Assembly (NCBI GenBank): GCA_001600815.1
Contig: BCKZ01000016.1
Coordinates: 237,077-301,076, forward strand
DNA length: 64,000 nucleotides
Direction of reading: 5' to 3'
Source: Alloascoidea hylecoeti
Lineage: Eukaryota
In this document: one piece after another, positions 55,026 through 64,000 of the stretch
Numbering within the stretch: the first letter of the stretch is position 1
Layout: each line of letters starts with the position of its first letter
Notes under the pieces: model-generated
The model's input: only the letters and a program-made list of their open reading frames with translations
The model's database searches: none
What the model was told of the DNA's origin: nothing
Made by a program: the position numbers and the translations under genes

Positions 55026-56807
55026 TTAGATGCTGTTGCCGGAATTATAATTATAACCATTTTTAAACTGTGTTCGTGAAATATCATCCGCTGTATCCTC
55101 ATGAATAGATGAGTATACCATATATGGGAACAAATTAGAGCTCGAGGAGTATGGCTCTTGAGTATTTTCTAAAACTGAATTTTGAACATTGGCGGACCTA
55201 CCTCGATGATTAAGTTCCAAAGTATTTGCATGAGAAGGTAAGACAGGAGAACCATTTTGAGATGATAAATGGTCAAAAGACGTTGTAATAGGTAATTGAT
55301 TTTCGACCAATGGGTATCTAATGACACTTTCATTTGAATCGTTGTCGAAAAGTTTACCTGAAGTTGTTGGGTAATCAGTTTTAGGAAGGTTAGAATTTAG
55401 AGAGATACTAGATTTTTGATTTTGAAGATTGATTTTCGATTTGATAAACAAAGGTGATATAAACCCTTGTCCTAATCCCTTATCATATGGAGAACGAGAA
55501 CGAGAGCAGGTTTGTGTTTTTAGAGGAGGTACAATAGAATGTTCATTATACGATTCATTATATATTTCCTTTGATTTTGATTTTGACTTTGATTTTGATT
55601 TGGTTCTGATATGAAAATGTGAATTAAGGCTGTTAAAGTTGCTATTAATGGTTGAAAGGAATGCGTTTTGAGAAGAGGATTTACTTTTATCTTGGGATGA
55701 GTATAGTTCTTTTGATTGAGATGCTGTTGGTGTAGATGTTTTGCTAAGCGTACGAAGCGGTATTAAAGACTTTTTGGATGCTTGGGAGCCATGTGTGCTT
55801 GATGTTCGATATAAATCGGATCTGTGTGAGAGGTCAAAATGAATATCAGATACTTCATTTGGAATGTAAAGTTCTGGAGAGCAATTACTATATTGATCAA
55901 AAGAAGTGTATGATCCGCTTGTGTTAATATGAGAATGTTTGGTATTAGATTGTGTCAATTTCTGCCAGTCCGATGAGGTTAGACCAAGAGTATTGAAGGT
56001 CGCTTCCTCGTTTACTAAGTTACTTGTGATTCCAAATTTAAACGATGAAGCATAGTTAGGAGAGTTTGCTCCACTTGGAACTGTGGAATGTTCCTTTTTC
56101 TGAGGGTTGAGTGACCCAAAGGCATATCCTTTCTGAATGGAAGCTTTTATTACTGATACTGTAATTTCCATGAATCTAAGAAATTCCTCCTCTGTGATGG
56201 CCTTCCCACTAAATCTTAATCTTTCGTATATTTTTAGGTATTCCTTCCATAAACCATGATCTTTTGTATCTTTATTTGAACTTAAAGTCATGGCGACATA
56301 TCGAAAAGTCCGATTTCTGGGGATGCGTTGCTCCTGCGGCAAGGTCATAAGAGAGCGCCAAACAACTCTTTCACCAACAGAGCGAACAACGTCTTCATAA
56401 GGAAGAGCCCCAGGCAATAATTCAGAGGTTGGATTCGAGAGGCCTGGATGGGATATTAGTTCATGGGGACCGGCTCTTTCCCAGATAGTTTTGCATCTTT
56501 CATATTCTTCAGTTATAAAGTCGGCACATTCTTTCGGAAAATCATCGAGTCTCGGGACATATTTCTTTGGTATATCAGCAAGAGATTGTCGTGCAATAAC
56601 AACACGGATGGTGTATAGAATGATAGCAAAAATGACGAATAAAGAACAAGCACCAACAATGATAAAAGTGTTGAGGGCCAAATTTGTCTGCCTTGACTGG
56701 AGGATTGCGTCTATTGGCATGACTACTATGAAGCCAATCATTATGATGACAAGGAATCCCAGAGAAGTCCAATAAAGGATGGACTGAAGCCTCCGAGAGA
56801 CCACCAT
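55026..56807 (-). CDS. DLT1: Dlt1 (defect at low temperature) family membrane protein
   Basis: Two N-terminal TMs with MPIDAILQS..LNTFII, SLADIPKKYVP, ISHPGL, YERLRFSG. Confidence 0.85.
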   Translation of the reverse strand: MVVSRRLQSILYWTSLGFLVIIMIGFIVVMPIDAILQSRQTNLALNTFIIVGACSLFVIFAIILYTIRVVIARQSLADIPKKYVPRLDDFPKECADFITEEYERCKTIWERAGPHELISHPGLSNPTSELLPGALPYEDVVRSVGERVVWRSLMTLPQEQRIPRNRTFRYVAMTLSSNKDTKDHGLWKEYLKIYERLRFSGKAITEEEFLRFMEITVSVIKASIQKGYAFGSLNPQKKEHSTVPSGANSPNYASSFKFGITSNLVNEEATFNTLGLTSSDWQKLTQSNTKHSHINTSGSYTSFDQYSNCSPELYIPNEVSDIHFDLSHRSDLYRTSSTHGSQASKKSLIPLRTLSKTSTPTASQSKELYSSQDKSKSSSQNAFLSTINSNFNSLNSHFHIRTKSKSKSKSKSKEIYNESYNEHSIVPPLKTQTCSRSRSPYDKGLGQGFISPLFIKSKINLQNQKSSISLNSNLPKTDYPTTSGKLFDNDSNESVIRYPLVENQLPITTSFDHLSSQNGSPVLPSHANTLELNHRGRSANVQNSVLENTQEPYSSSSNLFPYMVYSSIHEDTADDISRTQFKNGYNYNSGNSI

Positions 56808-56884
56808 ATTATTATTTATAATCTTTATATTCTCCGATGGTTATAATCTACTATTATTGAATGGAATTTAGGGAGGAAACCCAT

Positions 56885-56913
56885 ATCACGTGATCATTAT
56901 AACACGTGATCAT
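56885..56913. promoter_or_regulatory. Two E-boxes CACGTG (Cbf1/Tye7/Pho4-type bHLH sites) in a divergent promoter
   Basis: CACGTGATCAT occurs twice, 16 bp apart (56887 and 56903). Confidence 0.6.
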
Positions 56914-57057
56914 CGCTATTTTTTCTGAGTCCTTTTTCAACCTTCTAAAATCAGATCTTGAGATCAGCAAACACCCCCATTGCAAAGGCTAGACTTATAA
57001 AGCTAAATATTTTTTCGAACATCTCTATTATATTCATTTATTTGCCTCTCGATCAGC

Positions 57058-58376
57058 ATGTCGTCCTTGCAATATTATGATAATTCATACCAACAACAAC
57101 AACCGAGTAGAAACTCTGATTTTCGTCCACAAAAAAATGCAAATACTTTGCACAAGGACCAACAAACCTTTAATAGTAATAATCTTAATGAAGATATATT
57201 CAGTCCTTTTGTGAATCAGTTTGAAGGTATGATATCTAGTTTTTTACATATATATATTTTTCAAATTCATCCGGTTAACTAATTCTTTTCTTGAAATTTT
57301 CAGAGGTTGAAAAAGCCATTCAGAATTTTGCACTTCATGGTAAACCATTTAATAATTCTCATATGACTCAAAAGCATATCTCTTCGCAGACTCTCAGTAT
57401 CAGTCGTATTAAGCAAAAAATAATGCTAAACGAGCTCGTGGGATCTCATGGAAAGGGCATAGGATATTCACCCCCTAATGCTGTTGGATCTGCTGGCATT
57501 CCATATAATTTTAATGGCCAGCAACAAAAAAGACTTGTTCCTACGCCAACCTTTGAGAGTAGAAATCATTTAATGCAGTCACAGTTTGAAAATGTAAACA
57601 TGGGGTCTAATCATCCACCTCTTGGTTTAAGCCAAAGCGTTCATAATCATGGTGGGTCGTTACCCAATAGTGTTACTTCATTGCAAAACCCTACCTCAAA
57701 CTGTAATTTAAATATAAAGACTAATAGATCACTACCTTCTAATGTGAACACTCCCAACATGGTGACTGGGGTATCTTGTGCTTCTGGTACTACAATGGGC
57801 TCCAGTCCTTTATCCGGTGCATCTTCGTCTCATTTCCTTGATGAGAAGCCAATGTCACCCTTCATTAATTTAAACTTTGATCCCTTTAGTGATACTTCAA
57901 AAGGAAACACAGCTATTTTATCAAATGTTTCAAGTCAGGCATTTCCCTCCACCTGTTCGGAAAGGAGCACAAGCGCAAGCACTTTGACCCTCAACTCTAA
58001 TGATCGCGACGAATCAAGTACTCTAGCTAGTTCGAGTATTAGCTCAATGAACGAAATCCAACAGTCATCTAAGGAGATGACACAAATCTCCACCGTTTTG
58101 AGTGGTGGTGTTTTCTCAATTTCAAATCCTAATACTCATTCGAAACTAAATGACATCACACCGGCTTTAACTAATGTAAACCCTTTGCCGTCTGCAATAT
58201 CAACGCATTTATCTACAACCAGATCCTTCTTGATTAACGAAGGATCTCTATTTATGGGGTCTATTGGTGCCCCAAATTCATCCTCATATCTTCAGGATAA
58301 CAGTCAGTCTTGGTCATCAATCTGGGGAACAGGAAAAACAGATTTAAACAATGGCATGACCTCTGTTTGGGGTTAG
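57058..58376 (+). CDS. Hypothetical Ser/Asn-rich protein; exons 57058-57226 and 57304-58376 (413 aa)
   Basis: A 77-nt intron (GTATGA..ACTAAT..CAG) joins two ORF-track pieces in frame; ends WSSIWG..MTSVWG. Confidence 0.8.
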
Positions 58377-58607
58377 TCAGTTTCTTCTACGACAGTGTCT
58401 AGTGATAATTGCTCTATAAATATTTTTTATGTTTGTTTCTGATTTTCCTCGTTTTTATTGACCTTGGATAATAATGGATCTAATGATGGTATGAAATATG
58501 TTGGTGAGTTTCTTCTCACTTGATGTTTAAAAACTGGTTTAATATATAATTATTTTCTTTTTGCTTTTTGTTGAAAAGTTTTTTTGAAGGTGTTTTTCTT
58601 GTTTAAA

Positions 58608-58795
58608 CTTTTTATTTTTATTTTTATTTTTATTTTTATTTTTATTTTTATTTTTGTTTTAATTTTTGTTTTTGTTTTTGTTTTTGTTTTATCTATATTT
58701 TTATTTATTTTTATTTTTATTTTTTTATTTTTGTTTTTTAGTTTTAGTTTTATATTTATCATTTTTATTTTTATTTTTACTTTTATTTTTATTAT
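58608..58795. repeat. Degenerate (TTTTTA/TTTTTG)n hexamer microsatellite
   Basis: About 190 bp of T-rich 6-bp units. Confidence 0.92.
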
Positions 58796-59061
58796 ACGTT
58801 ACTTTGGTTATTTTTATAGTTTTTTTTATCATTGTGACTTAGACAGATGTTTAGTGTTTTTTTTTAAATTGGATTGGGTTTTTCTTTATTCAAAAAGAAT
58901 TTTTGTTCACAAATTGAATGTTAATGTCACGGAAGAAGATGGCTGGAAAGTGTCGTATCAACATGTCATGATCATGGATTATAGAAGTAAAATAGTAAAT
59001 ATAATATACGTCTATCAATTTATAGTATATGCAACAGAAGCTAAGCTTAAATCTGTAGGCA

Positions 59062-59069
59062 CCGGGTAA
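59062..59069. promoter_or_regulatory. Reb1-like site CCGGGTAA upstream of the FLO8-like gene
   Basis: Consensus match followed by a long pyrimidine-rich leader. Confidence 0.55.
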
Positions 59070-59408
59070 CAATGCGAGATAGCGTGCTGAGATATACGCC
59101 GATAGTCTCCTCCATCGAAAGTTCGCTTTTTGCCCAAATAAACTCTTCTCGTTATCCTCGCTGACCTAGTCTCCCATCTTTCCTGCTTCTTCAAGGCCCC
59201 TGCTCCCGTCGTGCGAGTGACTGATTTCCCTCAAATATCAACTTCGTTTCGCCTCTCTCCTGACACCGAACCTTCTAGGTGGCCGCACACATTTTGCTTC
59301 CAAGACGACGGCACTTCTATTTGCTTGGGACACCCTCTACCACCAAAATCTTCTGTATTTCTTTTCCGACTTCCTTGAACGCCAAAACCCCCTTTGGCCA
59401 TTCACAGT

Positions 59409-62400
59409 ATGAGTCTTAACCACCAGACTCCCCAACCCTCGACTCATGTTTCGGCTCAAAACTTCGCCGTCTCAGACCAAAATGCTACAAATAGTAAACA
59501 ATCTCTTAATGCCTATATCTACGACTATATGCTCAAATCTCAGATGTTTAATTCCGCAAAGGTTTTTGTGAGCGAAGCAGATGTTCCTAAACTATTTCGC
59601 TCAGATGCCCTTAACCCGAAGAAGGAGGAGAACACTTCAAACTCTATACCACCCCACCCCCAAGAGCCCGCGTCAGAACTTGGTTCTACTGATGATGTGA
59701 GTGATCTTTTTATCATTTGTTCTGACTGAGTTGAAGTTTGGCTTTTGTCTCTGCCTGACTCTACTCTTTTTTCTGTGCCGCCAATTTGTTCAGCATTCTC
59801 GATGTTGAATATTTGACTAACTTGTCAATCCTTATATAGGCTAACCAGCACGCGGGGACGAATAAAGGTAAGTTCCATGTGAAATTTTCCTGATCCAGTT
59901 CTTTCCTGTCTCTAACTAAAGTTTTCAAATAGGCCCGGAATTACCTGATGTTATTTTAACATCTGATTCTACTGATGGATTTTTGTACGAATGGTGGCTA
60001 ATATTTTCTGATTTATATAATTGGAAAGCTGATAAACGACCTAACACGAGTAATCATACGGTCCAACAAGTTCTACAAATGCAATTGATTAGACAACGGC
60101 AAGATCTCATTCACTATCAGGCCAGTCAAGCGCATAATATGAATCCATGGCCCAATGGAAATGGAAATGGTTTCTATCAGAATCAACCTAATAATGGTCC
60201 AGACCATGCTGCTACTATGGCTGCCTTACTAAATGCCCGCCAAAATTCTGCTTTCAATCATAATGGACCTCCCGTAATTAATCAACGACCGTATGTTTAA
60301 ACTTGTTTAATTTGGCAATATATTATGGAATACCTAACTCGGACAATTCTTTTGAATAGTAATATTAATCTTAATGACCAAAATTTTATAAGATCTCAAC
60401 AACTACAACAAATGATGTTTAGACAACAACCACATCACAATCGTTCACAGATGAATAATCAGTTAATGAAACAGCAATTTCAATTACCTTCTCAACCTCA
60501 AGGGCAAGCTCCACAACTATCATCTCCACATCTTCAATCGCGATCACAATTTGAACCTAAACCACAACCACAACCTCGACCCCAACCCCAACCCCAACCT
60601 GAACCAGAATCTCAACCTCAATCACAGCAAATGCATACACCTCAAATGAGAACGCGCCCATCTCAGACGGCTTTACGGCCCCAATCAATGATGGGAAATC
60701 AGGGAATTTCACCTTCAACTAAACGACAGAGAGTCTCTGAAACAACATTTATCAATACAACTGGATTGGATACTTCTTCATCACCTCATTCAATAACGTT
60801 ACAAACAAATAGTAATATGAGTAGAGGAACAACACCAAATCACGGCCAAATGTCACCCCAAAATAATGTTTCCACCCGTTTGAACCCTCAACAAATGAGT
60901 ATGAATGGTATAACTGGATCGACAGTAATGGCCAATAGACAATTGTATAGTAATGGCAACCCTCCACCTCAAAACATGACAGGGCTACTACCTAACAACC
61001 CACACTTTTCTCCCCAAATGATGCACCACGATCAACAGAAATTCAATCCTAATATTGCTCTCCAACATCATTCATTTTCTGAACACCAGTCACCACAGTT
61101 TGCTATTCAACAACCAGCCCTTGACAGGACAATGTCTCTGTCCTCGATACAAAACATGGCAATGCGGCAAGCAGAAATTGCACAGCTGCAAGCTGAGACT
61201 CAGCAAAGACAGACGCAAATCCCCAATCATAATCCCAATCAAATTCCAGGTCCAGGCATAATACGCCCTCATATCCCCCCCGGACAAGAGCTAATAAACC
61301 CACAAGGTCAAATTGGCATGCCGGGAATAGTGTATCATGCGGAATCTGACAAAACGGATAGTGTTCCCAGTTTGCAGGATTATCAACATCAGTTGGGGGT
61401 TTTAGAAAAACAAAATAAGAAACGATTGAGCATTGCTAGACGTGACGGATTTGGTACAAACAATAAGAATGGGAAATCAATTAATCCAAATGCGAACGAT
61501 ACTGCGACTGAAACCATGAATGGAAACGTACCTCAGCAACAAAGATCTCCATCGGGTAATGGCAATCGCAGACCTTCAGCCGCACATCAAAATTCTTTTA
61601 ACGAAGGTGGTTTAGTAAACTCATTTTCTCCGAATTTATCGGTTACTATGCCAGTCAGTGTAAATGGTATGACACATTCACCATTATCGCAAGGCTCACC
61701 TCAGACGGCGAATCAAAGCATGTTGTCGCACCAATCACGATTACAACAACAATATAACATTGTGACTGAAAATGAATTTAATATGACTAACCTATCTAGT
61801 CAAGAGAGAAGGAGTATGGATATGGCACGTTGGCAACATGCCCAGCAAGCGGTTCAACAAACTCAGCAACAAATCCAACAACAACAATCTCAAATAAATG
61901 GACAAACGATGCAGGAACATCAAATGGCTATGGCGCAACAGATTCAAGGACAAACATCAGCAACACCTTCACAGACATCACAGCCTCCGACACCGATTGC
62001 AAAGAATATTCACGCAGCTAAGCAAAACAAAAAGAAGACAGTGAGACGAACAAGAAAAACTCAAATTGGAGGCCCTCGGACCCCTGGAAATGAGCCGCCT
62101 ACACCTACCACGCCGATGACCCCGCATCCACCTAATAATATGAGCTTTTCCGATGCAAATGGCAGTACAAATGGCCATCCAGAAGGCAATACAAATGGTA
62201 ATGCTAATGCAACTGGAAACGGTAATGAAAATAGTCACAGTAATGGAAATGGGTCCGATGCAAAGAAAGAACAATCTTCAAACGAATCATTAACTGTTAG
62301 CTCCACTGTTGTGGCTACTACAACGACAGACGCGGGTGGCTTAATACCTGGCATGCTAGAGCCAGATCATACGAACTCCCTACTACAGTTTGACATGAAT

Positions 62401-62529
62401 CTACCTATAGTAGATCCGAGCGGCTCTACTGATTTTCTCGATGCAAATGGGTTTCTAATGGACTTTGGAGGAGATATGGGGGGAATTGGTATAGGAGGAG
62501 TTGGTGAGATTGGAGATATTGACTTCTAA
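59409..62529 (+). CDS. FLO8: LisH/LUFS transcriptional regulator, Flo8/SomA/Som1 family; exons 59409-59696, 59840-59867, 59933-60290, 60360-62529 (947 aa)
   Basis: LNAYIYDYMLK (LisH), GFLYEWWLIFSDLY (LUFS), SLQDYQHQLGVLEKQNKKRL, Q-rich. Three introns (donors GTGAGT, GTAAGT, GTATGT; CTAAC branches) give a continuous 2844-nt frame. MSS11/MFG1 paralogy not excluded. Confidence 0.8.
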
Positions 62530-63174
62530 TAGATTATGCTAATGTAGGGACTAAAGATTTGAGTTTTATATCTTTTTACCTACGTTGTGACCTCCTTACA
62601 ATCTAGTACATCACAACTGTAGTGTAGTAGGGGCTCTCCAGTCGCCTTTTAAGTAACTAAGATCCACCTGCTGAACGAAGTCTCCAATGATCATGAGGCC
62701 CTAGACATTATGGCAGCAGTTCGAGTGCTTGGAACGGCATCCAGAGCGTTACCTCCAGAGAAGAGTAATCATCTAATAAAACTCACTTGTAAGTTGTAAT
62801 TACGAGATTTGCTTCAAACATGCAGGATTGTATGAAATGACTGATCTTTGCCTATTGGTGGTATCTTTGATTTATTTTCATTTCCTTTTGTAGTCATCTT
62901 TATCATTTTCATGCCAATTTTTCTTATCATGATCTCTTCGTCCAATCATCATTATATTTTTCTGTATTTTATTTATGATCAAATCATCTATCGAATTTAC
63001 TGTCTCTATGTTGCAGATGTATTATATGTTTATGTTATAGTTATAATTATATGAAGAAACTGAAAAATTGAAAAACCGAAATTCTCCCAAAATATACACG
63101 GTTAATGTAAATTACCTTTTCCATTTTACACTTTAAACCGAATTTAATTAGTTGCACATCAATTATCCATTATG

Positions 63175-64000
63175 TTATTTCTCCTTCCTTTCCAAAGTAA
63201 TATCCTCTTGAGGTGTCTCCAAAAATTTTGAATCGGAGAACCAAATACTCCCAATTACTACAACGAGTGAAGATATTAAAATACCAGAGCTTAAATTAGT
63301 ACTTGGGAAAACATTCCACGCAAATTCCTGTAATAACCAAAGGACAGGAATTATAGGACCAAGGTTCGTCAGGTATAGCGAGAAAGGGAAACTCCATGCA
63401 AACCATGAATAGAATTGATAGTGAAGTGATCTTGCACATAGTATACCAATTAAATTGGATGTCGTCAAAACTTTCAAAATATATCGGGGCACATTCAAAT
63501 TGTTAAGACACTGATTATTTTTATTTTTACTAATTCCCAATGCATTAAGAACAAATATTATAAAAGGTCTTTTTGTAATTAAAGGACTTACCCATCGTGT
63601 AGTAGCAAATAATACAAGTAAAAACACTTGCAACAATAACAGACTGATTGCAAATTTATCACTTAAGAAAACATCCTCTGGAACAAATCGCCAATTTACA
63701 GTCCATTTGAAAAAAAATTTCCTACCCAATTCAAATGACTTTTCCAAATAGTGAGTTCTTGCTACATTGGTCGTGAAAAGGAAATCCCAGGCAACCAAAA
63801 CGTTGATTGCAACAATTGTTGCTGATAAAATAAGAGTTTTTATGAGTGATTCGTTTGTTGCAAAGAAAAATACAATAAGAATTCCCGGAAAATACAAAAT
63901 CGCATTCATTTTAACGGTTGTACTTATAGAATAAAAGAAAGTTCCAAATGATAATAAGGTCAATTTTTTTCTCTGGGATGGTTGCTTGAATGTTAACTGG
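63175..64000 (-). CDS. ALG3: Dol-P-Man-dependent alpha-1,3-mannosyltransferase, 5'-partial
   Basis: VKMNAILY, FELGRKFFFKWTVNWRFV, ARSLHYQFYSW, EFAWNVFPST. Frame is open to the window edge. Confidence 0.93.
   Translation of the reverse strand, partial: QLTFKQPSQRKKLTLLSFGTFFYSISTTVKMNAILYFPGILIVFFFATNESLIKTLILSATIVAINVLVAWDFLFTTNVARTHYLEKSFELGRKFFFKWTVNWRFVPEDVFLSDKFAISLLLLQVFLLVLFATTRWVSPLITKRPFIIFVLNALGISKNKNNQCLNNLNVPRYILKVLTTSNLIGILCARSLHYQFYSWFAWSFPFSLYLTNLGPIIPVLWLLQEFAWNVFPSTNLSSGILISSLVVVIGSIWFSDSKFLETPQEDITLERKEK

Noticed and set aside
58550..59069. ORFs 58584-59069 (+) and 58550-58762 (-) encoding FI/KI repeats
   Set aside because: They are translations of the (TTTTTA)n microsatellite, with no ATG start and no coding character.
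62580..62850. GC-richer stretch after the FLO8-like stop containing GTTCGAG
   Set aside because: No cloverleaf or A-box/B-box arrangement could be built; likely 3' UTR.

Overview
Gene-dense, AT-rich fungal (budding-yeast-type) chromosomal segment with about 26 protein-coding genes. CTG encodes conserved Leu, so the standard code applies. Short spliceosomal introns (GTAAGT/GTATGT..CTAAC..YAG/AAG) are frequent, including five in TOP3, which suggests an early-branching Saccharomycotina yeast (inference). Recognisable genes: RCE1, BNA5, a UME6-like Zn2Cys6 factor, an EST1/EBS1-family gene, TOP3, NUP42, ARV1, CSC1, an ART10-like gene, NOT1/CDC39, a LigB-family dioxygenase, TRR1, AGP3, a STRAP/UNRIP-like WD40 gene, CET1, URH1, epsin, RAD5, DLT1, a FLO8/SomA-like LisH factor and ALG3 (partial). 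The most striking signal is at the 5' end of NOT1. The conserved N-terminal ~270 codons have no AUG, about 1 kb of the sense strand has no ATG in any frame, and the nearest upstream ATGs all fall inside a candidate 5'-UTR intron. This points to near-cognate initiation plus leaky scanning, giving two Not1 isoforms. Also found: decayed chromovirus, Tc1/mariner, possible hAT and integrase relics; a hidden spliced CFEM-like Cys-rich micro-gene; a 182-bp tandem duplication of a gene 3' end; and unusual TOP3 splice sites. No rRNA, tRNA or CRISPR feature was seen. All gene names come from motif recognition by eye, not from database searches.
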